This document shows positions 25,045 to 35,260 of a stretch of DNA of 56,790 nt, in pieces. The stretch is from assembly GCA_964386615.1 (NCBI GenBank), contig CAYLSL010000001.1, positions 1 through 56,790 of the forward strand. Direction: 5' to 3'. Under the pieces are notes generated by a model. That model saw nothing but the letters and a program-made list of their open reading frames with translations. It was not told the origin of the DNA and made no database searches. The translations under genes were made by a program, and so were the position numbers. The number at the start of each line of letters is the position of its first letter. The first letter of the stretch is position 1. The DNA is from an uncultured Veillonellaceae bacterium (GTDB lineage Bacteria > Bacillota > Negativicutes > UBA1444).

Positions 25045-25674
25045 ATGGCATTTAACCTTAAACCCAAAGAGGAAAAATTTTTCAGCACATTGGGCGAACA
25101 CGCCTTGTTGGTCCGCGAAGCCACAGAATGCCTGCACCTGGCAATCATGAACCGGAATCAGGTCCCGGAAATGATGTTGAAGATCACCGAAACCGAACGG
25201 ATTGCCGATGAGATTGTGGACCGGATTCTGGTCAAACTACACAAAACATTCATTGCCCCGATGGATCGCGAAGATATCTTTACCCTGGCAAAGAAACTGG
25301 ATGACATCATCGACTGTATCAAAGCCGCCATCGAAAGAATGGACCTCTACAACATCGATGAACCAACAGAACGAATCCGCGAGATGGCTGAATTGATCCT
25401 GAAGAGCGGCAAGCAGGTGGAAAAAGCGATTTTCAGCCTGCAGGACCTGAAGAAAGAACGGCTGCGTCTGCAGGCTCGCTGTGAAAGGATTATCGCGCTC
25501 GAAGCTCGCGGCGATGAATTATATCGCCAGGAAATGGGCTTCCTGTTCCGCGAATGCAAGGATGCCATCGAAATCATTAAATGGAAAGAGATTCTGGTCA
25601 ATCTCGAAGAGGTCCTCGACCTTTCCGAAGATGTTGCCACTTCTTTAAAACGGGTAGTCATCAAATATGCCTGA
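25045..25674 (+). CDS. DUF47 family protein (PhoU-like partner of PiT transporters)
   Basis: MAFNLKPKEEKFF N-terminus and a helical repeat protein. It overlaps the downstream PiT gene by 8 nt. Confidence 0.8.
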   Translation: MAFNLKPKEEKFFSTLGEHALLVREATECLHLAIMNRNQVPEMMLKITETERIADEIVDRILVKLHKTFIAPMDREDIFTLAKKLDDIIDCIKAAIERMDLYNIDEPTERIREMAELILKSGKQVEKAIFSLQDLKKERLRLQARCERIIALEARGDELYRQEMGFLFRECKDAIEIIKWKEILVNLEEVLDLSEDVATSLKRVVIKYA

Positions 25675-26662
25675 TTTTTCGTTTGCCCTACTGTTAGTTA
25701 TCTTTCTTGCGCTGGCTTTTGACTATATCAACGGATTTCACGATACGGCCAATGCCATCGCCACTTCCGTCTCCACCCGGGCCCTGTCGCCGCGTCAGGC
25801 GATCTGGATGGCAGCTGCACTGAATTTTCTTGGTGCACTGTTTAGTACCGGAGTGGCCAAAACGATTGGCGGCGATATTGTCAAATCGGCTTCGATGGTT
25901 GATCAGCAAGTGATTACCGCCGCTTTGGTCGGCGCTATCATCTGGAATCTGGCCACCTGGTGGTTCGGCATACCCAGCAGCTCCTCCCATGCTCTGGTTG
26001 GCGGAATTATCGGCGCCGTGGTAGCCGGGCGCGGTTGGGATCCCTTGAACCTTGTCGGCATAGAAAAGATTTTTTTATCGCTTGTCCTCTCGCCGCTTGT
26101 CGCACTAATTCTCGGCTATTTGTTGTTGATCCTGATGATGTGGCTGTTTCGCGGTTTTCCGCCCCACGCACTAAGCACCGGATTTGCCAGGGCCCAGATC
26201 GGCACTGCTGCATTGATCGCCTTTTCGCACGGATCCAATGACGCCCAGAAAGCGATGGGAATCATTACCCTGGCTCTACTCAGCGCCGGTGAAATCGCCA
26301 CCTTGGATGTGCCGACCTGGGTCAAGCTGGCCTGTGCGTTGGCGATGAGCTTGGGAACAGCGGCTGGCGGCTGGAAAATCATCAAAACCATGGGCACCGG
26401 CATCGTCCGTTTGGAACCATTTAGCGGCTGTGCTGTAGAAGTCACCTCTTCGTTGGTCATTTTCGGCGCTACCCTGTTGCATCTGCCGGTCAGTACGACA
26501 CATGTCGTGTCTGGTTCCATCATGGGGATCGGCGCCTCTAATCGGATTCGTTCGGTTCGTTGGGGAGTCGCCCGCCAAATGCTGATGGCCTGGGTGCTGA
26601 CAATTCCGCTTAGCGCACTGTGCAGCGGCGGCGTCTATTTGATGATAAAAAAACTGCTCTAA
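25667..26662 (+). CDS. Inorganic phosphate transporter, PiT family
   Basis: FDYINGFHDTANAIATSV and the repeated GSNDAQK-type signature. Length is 331 aa. Confidence 0.9.
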   Translation: MPDFSFALLLVIFLALAFDYINGFHDTANAIATSVSTRALSPRQAIWMAAALNFLGALFSTGVAKTIGGDIVKSASMVDQQVITAALVGAIIWNLATWWFGIPSSSSHALVGGIIGAVVAGRGWDPLNLVGIEKIFLSLVLSPLVALILGYLLLILMMWLFRGFPPHALSTGFARAQIGTAALIAFSHGSNDAQKAMGIITLALLSAGEIATLDVPTWVKLACALAMSLGTAAGGWKIIKTMGTGIVRLEPFSGCAVEVTSSLVIFGATLLHLPVSTTHVVSGSIMGIGASNRIRSVRWGVARQMLMAWVLTIPLSALCSGGVYLMIKKLL

Positions 26663-26700
26663 TTCTGTACTATTTAATAGTCAAACTTTTAGCCAATATT

Positions 26701-26740
26701 AAACCCCCTGACTGACGCCCATGCGCCTGTCAAGGGGTTT
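26701..26740. terminator. Hairpin between the convergent PiT and radical-SAM genes
   Basis: aaacccc(c)tgac - 15-nt loop - gtca(a)ggggttt. Flanking T-runs are weak. Confidence 0.4.
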
Positions 26741-26743
26741 CTG

Positions 26744-28495
26744 CTAGTTTCTGCGAAGTCCACGCCACATTTCGCTGAGCGCAACCTGTATGCCCCGAAT
26801 GAAGTTGATCTTCCAAAGACCGGAAATCTGGGCTTCCAGCTCCCGTTTGTCGCACACAGTCGAAATATTTGCATCATCGACTTGTCCCTTGATTGCCAGC
26901 AGTAACTCTGCCCGCATTTTTTCATCCGGTTCGGCCAAGATCTCATCAATCCTCGCCATGAGTCGAATTGCCCGACGAATCCGTTCTTCCGTCGCCGCCG
27001 CCTGTTGCTCGCCAATCAGTCCATACTTGAGTTTCAATTGATTGAACCGCAACCCAGCTTCATAGGTCGCATTGGCAATCTCATCGCGATTCATCCAGCG
27101 GGTTTCATAATTGAGCACATGCTTCCAGCTCGGTTGCACCAGTGCCTGCCGGTGTTCTTCCAAGCTGTGCCACAACAGCTTGTACCCATAGCGTTCCGGG
27201 TCGTTGAACACTTCACTGCCCGGATCCAAAAACGGTGCAAATGGAGAAATAAACGGAAATAACCGCGGTGTGCCGCCGGTATTGAAGCGTTCCATCAACC
27301 GACCGCAATATTCGACCGTCTCCATGACTGATTCATAAGTCTGCTCCGGCAAGCCAATCATGAAAAACAGGTCGAACCGTTTGCAGCCTTCTGCCAACGC
27401 TGCAGCAATCGTTGCTTCAAGTTCTTCATTATTATAGGTGCGGCCAAAAGCCGCCCTGACTTTTTCGTCATGCGATTCGGGCGACATTTGCAAGATAAAA
27501 TCCGGTGCTGCCGCTCCCAACATTTTAAAGAAAGACTGCGGCGCTGGTGTCAGGACTTCCAGAATCAACTGGTCGGTTGCCCCTTTGACCAATGATAGGA
27601 ATTTCTCCGCATAATTGTCACTGCCAAACCGGATGTCGCCAAGAACAAATACCGGCCCACGGCTCCAGCGGGCCATGCTCCAGATGTCCGCGGCCAAATC
27701 TTCCGGTTTTCGATAAGCCGGGCGATCGCGTTTGCACATCGAATCCATCGCCATGGCTGACCCGCCGCAGGTCCGGCACCGGCAGGAGCAACCGCGGCAA
27801 CTCAGCGCTGCCATGATCGGATACCGCAGCCAGTCAATGAACGGCAATGCCCCGCTTAGGTCGCGGTTTCGCACCACGGAACGAACCACCTGGGAATAGT
27901 CCAGTCGGACATGGTCCAGATTCTGCGGGATATAGGCAAGCGGATTGACCTGTACGACTCCGCCGTGGTCTTTCCAGGTAAGGTTAGGAATATTACCTGG
28001 AGCTGCAGCATCAGCGTCCGGCGCCGCAATATGCCGCATTAGCAGTCGCATCGGCTCTTCCGTGGAATCGCCCCGCAGCACATAATCGACTTCCGGCCTT
28101 GCTGCCAGTTCAGCGTGAAAATAAGTGGAGGAAAAACCGCCGAAGATGACCGGGATCTCCGGATGAAGTTTCTTAAGAATGCCAGCCACAGCTAAAGAGC
28201 CATGCGCATGCGGCATCCAATGCAAATCAATGCCAAAAGCCTTCGGCTTAAGTTGACGCAAGAACACTTCCGCATCAAAATCGCGGTCTTTCATCATCAG
28301 TACTGCCAGGTTGACGATTCGTACCCTGAAACCATCCCGTTCAAGATATTCGGCCAGGGTGGTGAATCCGATCGGATACATTTCAAAAACCGGCGTCGAC
28401 GGAACCAGGTCACTGACCGGACCATACAGAATCGATTCTTTGCGGAAATCATAAACACTGGGGGCATGAATCAGGATTAAATCATCGTGTTTCAT
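26744..28495 (-). CDS. B12-binding-domain radical SAM protein
   Basis: N-terminal B12-like domain (LILIHAPSVYDF...RIVNLAVLM). Cys-rich core LSCRGCSCRCRTCGG. Length is 583 aa. Confidence 0.65.
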   Translation of the reverse strand: MKHDDLILIHAPSVYDFRKESILYGPVSDLVPSTPVFEMYPIGFTTLAEYLERDGFRVRIVNLAVLMMKDRDFDAEVFLRQLKPKAFGIDLHWMPHAHGSLAVAGILKKLHPEIPVIFGGFSSTYFHAELAARPEVDYVLRGDSTEEPMRLLMRHIAAPDADAAAPGNIPNLTWKDHGGVVQVNPLAYIPQNLDHVRLDYSQVVRSVVRNRDLSGALPFIDWLRYPIMAALSCRGCSCRCRTCGGSAMAMDSMCKRDRPAYRKPEDLAADIWSMARWSRGPVFVLGDIRFGSDNYAEKFLSLVKGATDQLILEVLTPAPQSFFKMLGAAAPDFILQMSPESHDEKVRAAFGRTYNNEELEATIAAALAEGCKRFDLFFMIGLPEQTYESVMETVEYCGRLMERFNTGGTPRLFPFISPFAPFLDPGSEVFNDPERYGYKLLWHSLEEHRQALVQPSWKHVLNYETRWMNRDEIANATYEAGLRFNQLKLKYGLIGEQQAAATEERIRRAIRLMARIDEILAEPDEKMRAELLLAIKGQVDDANISTVCDKRELEAQISGLWKINFIRGIQVALSEMWRGLRRN

Positions 28496-28510
28496 TTCGA
28501 CTCCATTTCC

Positions 28511-29380
28511 TTATTTGCCCAACTTGCGAAAGCCATAATCCAACAGGGCTGCAGAATCCTTGAAGCGGTTTTCTCCGCCATTGAGTACCACTGCAATCAA
28601 CAACACACCATTGCGCCGGGCAGAAGCGACCAGACATCGGCCTGCCGCTCGCGTCACGCCGGTTTTCACTCCATTGGCGCCCGGATAAGTCATAAGCAGT
28701 GAATTGGTATTAACCAGCGGAATTCCCTTGCGATTTTGAAATAGCACCGTATGATAAGGAGTTGAGACAAATTTTTCAAAACCGGGAATTTTAAACCCGG
28801 CATCTGCGATCATCGCCAGATCATAAGCTGTAGAAAAATGATTAACCGGATCCGGCAAGCCGTGCGGATTGCTGAAATGGGTCCGCAGCGCCCCGATTTT
28901 TTCCGCATCTTCATTCATCCAACTAACGAACTTTTTGTAAGATCCACCGCCCACATGCTCCGCCACGGCATGGGCGGCATCATTGCCAGATGGCAGCATT
29001 ACTCCATATAGCAGTTCATTTAGTGTCAGCCGGTCAAGCAGCCGGAGTTCCAGGCTGGACCCTTCGATGTCGACCGACGCCGGACCAACAACTACCGTAT
29101 CATTCAGATTTCCCCGCTTCAAAGCGGTAATCAGTGTCATGATCTTGGTGGTACTGGCTGGGTACATGATCTTGTGAGAATCCTTTTCAAACAAAATCTG
29201 CTTTGTTCCTGCCACGATCAAAATTGCTGTTTCACTACTTATCGCCGGCGCTGCTGCATTCACCACGGCCGATGTTGGCGCAGCGGTTGGTACTGCAGCA
29301 CCAACAGGCGTCAGCATACCCAGTCCAATAAAACTCCAGGCAACCACCATACTCAATAGTTTCTTATAAATGTTAAACAC
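28511..29380 (-). CDS. Serine-type D-Ala-D-Ala carboxypeptidase (peptidase S11, low-molecular-weight PBP)
   Basis: Signal peptide present. Motifs SxxK = ASTTK, SxN = PSGND, KTG = VKTGVT. The start is uncertain because the GTG at 29380 has poorly spaced RBS candidates. Confidence 0.85.
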   Translation of the reverse strand: MFNIYKKLLSMVVAWSFIGLGMLTPVGAAVPTAAPTSAVVNAAAPAISSETAILIVAGTKQILFEKDSHKIMYPASTTKIMTLITALKRGNLNDTVVVGPASVDIEGSSLELRLLDRLTLNELLYGVMLPSGNDAAHAVAEHVGGGSYKKFVSWMNEDAEKIGALRTHFSNPHGLPDPVNHFSTAYDLAMIADAGFKIPGFEKFVSTPYHTVLFQNRKGIPLVNTNSLLMTYPGANGVKTGVTRAAGRCLVASARRNGVLLIAVVLNGGENRFKDSAALLDYGFRKLGK

Positions 29381-29405
29381 TCCTATTCATATCCCCCGAA
29401 AGCAA

Positions 29406-29437
29406 ACAGAAGGCGGTTTTTCACAACCCCCTTCTGT
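29406..29437 (-). terminator. Hairpin downstream of the small Lys-rich ORF
   Basis: Minus strand: acagaagg - 16-nt loop - ccttctgt, followed by ttgctttc. Confidence 0.35.
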
Positions 29438-29481
29438 CCGGAACCTCACCAATGAAATCGCGGGTCACATCAAAACATTTT

Positions 29482-29571
29482 CAGTTGTAGGTTTTTTTCT
29501 CTTTTTTAACTTTCGTGTCACTCGGCTTCTTCTTGTCGGTTTTCTTGGCGGCTTGTTCTTTGTTTGCCACA
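29482..29571 (-). CDS. Candidate 29-aa lysine-rich small protein (MANKEQAAKKTDKKKPSDTKVKKEKKTYN)
   Basis: Not in the ORF track. The GTG start lies 8 nt after GGGAGGA, and a hairpin follows downstream. There is no homology evidence. Confidence 0.3.
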
Positions 29572-29757
29572 ATTAACATCCTCCCGTAGAATAAGTTCAT
29601 GCACCTTAACCTTAGTATTTATAATTTGACATTGATGTGAAAATTCCTACTGCAGGAAACCAAAAACCGCAAAGGAAATTTTCGCCGGCGAGTCGAATAG
29701 TTTCGGGAATGTATAAAGCAGTAAATTGGCAATCTCAACAGGATTGGAGGAAATATT

Positions 29758-31359
29758 TTGGCACGCAACCGAATCACTGCCCTGGTGGTTATTCTATTTC
29801 TCCTGCTGGCTTCGTTTGCCGCCAGTGGTTGCGGCAGTAAGTCCGGTCCCAAATATCTGCGGTTTTCTGTCGGCACCGAACCGGAAACCCTGGACCCGCG
29901 AAAATCGACCGGCATTCCCGAATCGACAGTGCAGGCGCAGCTATTCGAAGGTCTCACAACACTTGATGCAACAAACAAACCATTACCGGCAATGGCAGAA
30001 CGCTGGGAAATCAGCCCGGATGGCCTACGTTACAAGTTTTTTCTGCGTTCCGGCATAAAATGGTCCAATGGCGACCCAGTGACCGCCTATGATTTCGAAT
30101 ATGCCTGGAAAACAACCTTGTCGCCAGAGTTTGGCGCCAAATACTCTTATCAGTTGTTTTATGTCAAAAACGGCGAGGCTTATAACAAAGGGCTCACCAC
30201 CGCAGACCAGGTCGGTGTCAAGGCTTTGGATGACCGAACACTGGAAGTCTTGCTGGAAAAACCCACTGCATATTTCTTATCGCTGACTTCATTTCACACG
30301 TTATACCCGGTTCCCCGCCGCATCGTCGAAGCCAATCCAAAGTGGGCCGCAGAACCCAAGACCCTGATTGGCAACGGTCCGTTCAAAATCACCAACTGGG
30401 TTCACAACTCGCGGATCGAACTCGTCAAAAACGATCAGTATTGGGATGCTGCCAAAGTTAAAATGCCGAAACTCGATTTTATCCTGACTGAATCCAGCAG
30501 CACTGAAGTCGCCATGTTTGACAATAACCAGATCGATATGGGCGATAATGCACCGCCGGCCGAATATCCCCGGCTGAAAAAGGAAGGCCGGCTGCAGATC
30601 TCTCCCTATCTCGGCACTTACTTCTTTGCATTCAACGTGGAAAAGCCCCCCCTCGATAATGTCAAGGTGCGCCAGGCGCTTAGCCTAGCTATTGACAGGC
30701 AGTCCATCATCACCAACGTGGTGAAGGGCGAGCAGCGGGTGGCACTGGCCTGGGTGCCGCCCGGACTGGCAGACGCCACACCGAACAGCGATTTTCGCTC
30801 CGTTGGCGGCGATTATTTCAAAGACGGCAATGTCGAAGCCGCGAAGAAACTGTTGGCAGAAGCCGGTTATCCCGAGGGAAAAGGGTTGCCGGCGATTGAG
30901 TTGATCTATAATACGCATGATGTACATAAGGCTATTGCCGAAGCACTGCAGGAAATGTGGCGCAAAAACCTGGGCGTCGATGTCCGGCTTTCCAATCAGG
31001 AATGGAAAGTCTTTATCAACACCCGCAGCAAAGGCGCCTACCAGATTGCCCGCCATGGCTGGATCGGCGATTATGCCGACCCGATGACTTTTCTTGACAT
31101 GTTTGAAACCGGCAGTGGCAACAATGATTCCCAGTACAAAAATTCCCGCTATGATACACTGATCCGTCTGGCAAAATCGACCGGCAATCAAGAGATCCGG
31201 ATGAAAGCAATGCACGAAGCGGAACGCCTGTTAATGGAAGATGCCGTCATCGCACCGCTGTACTTTTATACCCGGGTAACCATGGTCAAACCCAACGTGA
31301 AAGGTTATCAACGTTCCGTACTCGGTCATGTTTATTTCAAGGAGGCCTATGTGGAGTGA
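29758..31359 (+). CDS. Peptide/nickel ABC transporter substrate-binding lipoprotein (family 5, Opp/Dpp-type)
   Basis: Lipoprotein signal LLLASFAASGCGS. The family 5 SBP body includes YKFFLR.GIKWSNGDPVTA.DF. TTG start after GGAGGA. Confidence 0.9.
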   Translation: MARNRITALVVILFLLLASFAASGCGSKSGPKYLRFSVGTEPETLDPRKSTGIPESTVQAQLFEGLTTLDATNKPLPAMAERWEISPDGLRYKFFLRSGIKWSNGDPVTAYDFEYAWKTTLSPEFGAKYSYQLFYVKNGEAYNKGLTTADQVGVKALDDRTLEVLLEKPTAYFLSLTSFHTLYPVPRRIVEANPKWAAEPKTLIGNGPFKITNWVHNSRIELVKNDQYWDAAKVKMPKLDFILTESSSTEVAMFDNNQIDMGDNAPPAEYPRLKKEGRLQISPYLGTYFFAFNVEKPPLDNVKVRQALSLAIDRQSIITNVVKGEQRVALAWVPPGLADATPNSDFRSVGGDYFKDGNVEAAKKLLAEAGYPEGKGLPAIELIYNTHDVHKAIAEALQEMWRKNLGVDVRLSNQEWKVFINTRSKGAYQIARHGWIGDYADPMTFLDMFETGSGNNDSQYKNSRYDTLIRLAKSTGNQEIRMKAMHEAERLLMEDAVIAPLYFYTRVTMVKPNVKGYQRSVLGHVYFKEAYVE

Positions 31360-31365
31360 TGCCCT

Positions 31366-32298
31366 GTGTTTAAATCGATTGTTGGTCGAATCTTGTCGAT
31401 GGTGTTGGTCCTCTGGGTCATCATCACCGTAACATTCGTCTTAATGCATGCCATTCCCGGCGGCCCATTCACTGCGGAAAAAGCCCTGCCGGAAGCAGTG
31501 ATGAAAAACATCGAAGCCCGTTACCGTCTGAATGACCCGTTGCCCAAACAGTACGTCGATTATTGGGCCAACCTGCTGCAAGGAGACCTTGGCCCCTCTT
31601 TCAAGTATGAATCACGCACTGTGAATGAAATTATCGCCGAAGGCTTTCCCGTGTCAGCAGAACTGGGCCTGATAGCGGTCTCGTTTTCCGTCCTGATCGG
31701 GGTTCCCGCCGGCATGGCTGGCGCACTTTACCAAAACCGCTGGCCGGATCATCTGGTTATGCTGCTGGCGACTGTCGGCATTTCCGTCCCCAGTTTTATT
31801 CTCGCCACCGTCCTGATTTATATCTTTGCGCTTTGGTTGCAGCTGTTGCCAGCCGCCATGTGGGGTTCACCGGAATATGTCATTTTGCCGGCGCTGGCTC
31901 TGGCCGGCATGCCGACCGCTTTCATCGCCCGCCTGACCCGTTCCAGCATGCTGGAAGTACTGGCGCAGGACTACATTCGCACCGCCAGGGCCAAAGGAAT
32001 TGCTCCGCTTAAAATCCTCTGGCTTCATGCACTGAAAAATGCCCTGTTACCGGTCGTAACCTACCTGGGACCGATGATTGCGGCAATTTTCACCGGCAGT
32101 TTTGTCATTGAGTCCATCTTTGCCATTCCCGGCCTGGGACGCCATTTTGTTACCAGCATTTATAACCGTGACTACACGGTCATCCTTGGCATTACTGTTT
32201 TTTACAGCGCATTATTGGTATTGATGAATTTTCTTGTCGATCTTGCCTATCTCTGGCTTGATCCCCGGATCAAAATGGATGGGGAGGATCAACACTGA
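31366..32298 (+). CDS. Opp/Dpp-type ABC transporter permease (OppB-like)
   Basis: Conserved N-terminus and the EAA-loop region YIRTARAKGI. Length is 310 aa. Confidence 0.9.
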   Translation: MFKSIVGRILSMVLVLWVIITVTFVLMHAIPGGPFTAEKALPEAVMKNIEARYRLNDPLPKQYVDYWANLLQGDLGPSFKYESRTVNEIIAEGFPVSAELGLIAVSFSVLIGVPAGMAGALYQNRWPDHLVMLLATVGISVPSFILATVLIYIFALWLQLLPAAMWGSPEYVILPALALAGMPTAFIARLTRSSMLEVLAQDYIRTARAKGIAPLKILWLHALKNALLPVVTYLGPMIAAIFTGSFVIESIFAIPGLGRHFVTSIYNRDYTVILGITVFYSALLVLMNFLVDLAYLWLDPRIKMDGEDQH

Positions 32299-33197
32299 TG
32301 GATTTTACGCCGCTAAAACCCACCGCCGAAATGATTCAGAAACAGACACGTCCCCATCTTGGTTTTCGTCAGGATGCCTGGCTGCGGCTGAAAAAAAACC
32401 GTGCTGCGCTCGCGGGGTTGTCGATTATCTTGTTTATCAGCGTCCTGGCAATTTTCGGACCGATGCTTTCCCCCTATTCCTACTCCGATCAAACACTGGC
32501 CAACGCCAACCAGCCGCCCTCAGCCGCGCATTGGTTCGGCACCGACAATCTTGGCCGCGACCTCGCCACCCGCGTTTGCTACGGCGCGAGGATCAGTTTG
32601 TCCATTGGTGTAGTTGCCAGTCTGATCAACTTGGGAATCGGCGTAATATACGGCGGCATCTCCGGCTATTTCGGCGGTCGGATTGACAGCCTGATGATGC
32701 GAATTGTCGACATTCTGTATGGAATCCCGCTTCTCTTGTATGTCATCCTGTTGATGGTCGTACTAAAACCCGGCCTGATGAATGTTTTCATTGCCCTAGG
32801 CCTGGTTTACTGGCTGCGGATGGCCCGTATCGTGAGAGCGCAGGTCCTTGGTCTCAAAGAGCTTGAGTTTGTTCTGGCCGCCCGAGTACTGGGCGCCAGC
32901 CCGCTCCGGCTAATCTTCGGCCACCTGCTGCCAAACAGCTTGGGACCGATCATCGTAACACTGACCCTGTCGATTCCTGAAGCGATTTTTATTGAAGCAT
33001 TCCTCAGTTTCATCGGGCTTGGGGTTTCCGCCCCCATGGCCAGTTGGGGCGTCTTGGCCTCGGAAGGCGTGGTAACATTGCGGTCCTATCCATTCCAGCT
33101 GCTTTGGCCGGCCGTGGCAATCAGCTTGACAATGCTCGGTTTCAACTTCCTCGGCGATGGATTGAGGGACGCACTGGACCCGCGCATGCGCCGCTAA
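32298..33197 (+). CDS. Opp/Dpp-type ABC transporter permease (OppC-like)
   Basis: HWFGTDNLGRD signature. Length is 299 aa. Abuts the previous gene. Confidence 0.9.
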   Translation: MDFTPLKPTAEMIQKQTRPHLGFRQDAWLRLKKNRAALAGLSIILFISVLAIFGPMLSPYSYSDQTLANANQPPSAAHWFGTDNLGRDLATRVCYGARISLSIGVVASLINLGIGVIYGGISGYFGGRIDSLMMRIVDILYGIPLLLYVILLMVVLKPGLMNVFIALGLVYWLRMARIVRAQVLGLKELEFVLAARVLGASPLRLIFGHLLPNSLGPIIVTLTLSIPEAIFIEAFLSFIGLGVSAPMASWGVLASEGVVTLRSYPFQLLWPAVAISLTMLGFNFLGDGLRDALDPRMRR

Positions 33198-33242
33198 AAC
33201 GTCTATTTTCACGCATCTTGCTTACTGGGAGGCCCGATTTCT

Positions 33243-34259
33243 TTGCAATCTGCTTTATTGACCGTCAAAAATCTGCATGTCCACTTCCGCACGTATGCGG
33301 GAACTGTGCAAGCCCTGCGCGGAGTCGATTTTTCGCTGGCTGCCGGTGAAATCGTAGGCATCGTCGGCGAGTCCGGCTGCGGCAAAACCGTCACCGCCAG
33401 TGCCATAATGGGAATCATTCCCTCGCCTCCCGGTGAAATCGTCGCCGGTGAAGCCTGGTTCGGCGACCGGAATCTGCTGAAACTATCAGAATCGGAGTCC
33501 CGCTCGCTGCGTGGCAACAAGCTCAGCATGATCTTTCAGGATCCCATGACTTCGCTTAATCCCGTGCTGAGCATTGGTACCCAGCTGATGGAACCGTTTA
33601 TTGAACATCAACACTTGTCACGCATCGAAGCCGCTGAACGGGCGACCGAATTGCTGAGCCTGGTCGGCATTGCCGATGGCGCAACCCGTCTGCGGCAATA
33701 TCCCCACCAACTCAGCGGCGGCATGCGTCAACGCGTCATGATCGCCATGTCCCTGGCCTGCAATCCCAGCCTGTTGTTTGCCGATGAGCCGACTACCGCA
33801 CTCGATGTCACTGTCCAGGCGCAAATCCTCGAATTGCTGAAACGGCTGAATCAGGAACTAAATACAACGCTGGTACTGATTACGCACGACCTTGGCGTGG
33901 TAGCCAGCTTATGTCAAAGGGTCATGGTCATGTATGCCGGCCAAATCGTGGAATCGGCGCCAGTACAGACCTTGTTTGCCGCTCCGCGTCATCCGTACAC
34001 CCTTGGGTTGCTGCAATCCGTGCCGCATCCCGATTTTCAGGGCAAGCGACTACTTGCCATCGACGGACATCCACCCGATCTGTTGGTCCCGCCAAGTGGC
34101 TGCGCTTTTTTACCGCGCTGTCGTTTCGCCATGCAGACCTGCCTTGATGCACCGCCGCTGTTTTCACTGTCGGAAAATCAACAGAGCCGCTGCTGGCTAA
34201 ATCATCCGGATTCGCCATACAACCCGTGCGAGGCGCTCGCTGTCCGAGGTGCGCCATGA
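33243..34259 (+). CDS. Opp/Dpp-type ABC transporter ATP-binding protein (OppD-like)
   Basis: Walker A GESGCGKT, signature LSGGMRQR, Walker [13 protein letters not shown]. Confidence 0.9.
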   Translation: MQSALLTVKNLHVHFRTYAGTVQALRGVDFSLAAGEIVGIVGESGCGKTVTASAIMGIIPSPPGEIVAGEAWFGDRNLLKLSESESRSLRGNKLSMIFQDPMTSLNPVLSIGTQLMEPFIEHQHLSRIEAAERATELLSLVGIADGATRLRQYPHQLSGGMRQRVMIAMSLACNPSLLFADEPTTALDVTVQAQILELLKRLNQELNTTLVLITHDLGVVASLCQRVMVMYAGQIVESAPVQTLFAAPRHPYTLGLLQSVPHPDFQGKRLLAIDGHPPDLLVPPSGCAFLPRCRFAMQTCLDAPPLFSLSENQQSRCWLNHPDSPYNPCEALAVRGAP

Positions 34260-35242
34260 GCCGCCCGTTGGTCGAGGTCCGTAACCTGTCAAAGCACTTT
34301 ATCATCTCCCGCGCCTGGAACGGACGTCCGCTCAAAACCGTCCGGGCAGTCGATGCTGTGTCATTTACCATCATGCCGGGCGAGACTCTTGGCCTGGTTG
34401 GTGAAACCGGCTGCGGCAAATCAACCGTCGGACGCACGTTGGTTGGTCTGTATGAGCCCACTGCCGGCAGTGCCCTTCTGCAAGGATTGGACATCCACAC
34501 AACGCTTCGTTCAGCGGACAAAGCTGATTTTCGCCGCAGGCTGCAAATCATATTCCAGGACCCCTATGCCTCGCTTGATCCGCGAATGACGGTCGGCGAT
34601 ATTGTCGGCGAACCGTTGGACATTCATCAACTGGTTGCCAATTCCGAGCGCCGGGACCGCATCCAGGAACTGTTGCTGCAAGTAGGGCTGGATCCCGAAC
34701 ATGCCGCGCGTTATCCGCATGAATTTTCCGGCGGACAAAGGCAACGGGTCGGCATTGCCCGTGCGCTGGCGGCTCAACCTGATTTTATTGTCTGCGATGA
34801 GCCAATTTCAGCGCTGGATGTATCAATTCAGGCTCAGATCATCAACCTGATGCAGGATTTGCAAGAAAAAATCGGCCTGACCTATCTGTTTATCGCCCAT
34901 GACCTGTCGATGGTCCGGCATCTCAGTCATCGCATTGCCGTGATGTATCTCGGTTCGTTGGTTGAACTCGCCGATAGTGCATCCCTATTTAGCAAGCCGC
35001 AGCACCCATATACCCAGGCCTTGCTATCCGCCATCCCATTACCAGACCCCAATGTTCAGGCAACACGCGAGAGAATTTTCATGCCGGGTGAGGTCCCGAG
35101 TCCGATCAATCCCCCCTCCGGCTGCCGCTTCCGTACCCGCTGCAAACATGCCATGCCGGTCTGCACGGAAATCTGTCCGACATTGGTCGATGACGGTTTC
35201 GGACATCAGACGGCTTGCCACCTGGTTCATCCACTAGCCTGA
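34256..35242 (+). CDS. Opp/Dpp-type ABC transporter ATP-binding protein (OppF-like)
   Basis: Walker [10 protein letters not shown], signature FSGGQRQR, Walker [16 protein letters not shown] at 34256 overlaps the oppD-like stop (ATGA). Confidence 0.9.
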   Translation: MSRPLVEVRNLSKHFIISRAWNGRPLKTVRAVDAVSFTIMPGETLGLVGETGCGKSTVGRTLVGLYEPTAGSALLQGLDIHTTLRSADKADFRRRLQIIFQDPYASLDPRMTVGDIVGEPLDIHQLVANSERRDRIQELLLQVGLDPEHAARYPHEFSGGQRQRVGIARALAAQPDFIVCDEPISALDVSIQAQIINLMQDLQEKIGLTYLFIAHDLSMVRHLSHRIAVMYLGSLVELADSASLFSKPQHPYTQALLSAIPLPDPNVQATRERIFMPGEVPSPINPPSGCRFRTRCKHAMPVCTEICPTLVDDGFGHQTACHLVHPLA

Positions 35243-35260
35243 AAAATGGGAGGACATTAA

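Noticed and set aside
29370-29978. Several 60-120-aa ORFs on both strands in the dacB-oppA intergenic region and at the oppA 5' end
   Set aside because: They have no RBS and no motifs, and they overlap each other. Only the 29-codon Lys-rich ORF has translation signals.
33928-34551. 207-aa minus-strand ORF across the oppD/oppF junction. Similar antisense ORFs occur at 12864..13427, 30685..31215, 44875..45387, 51142..51708 and 55194..56192.
   Set aside because: All are antisense to genes with unambiguous family motifs. They are typical long shadow ORFs in moderately GC-rich coding DNA.
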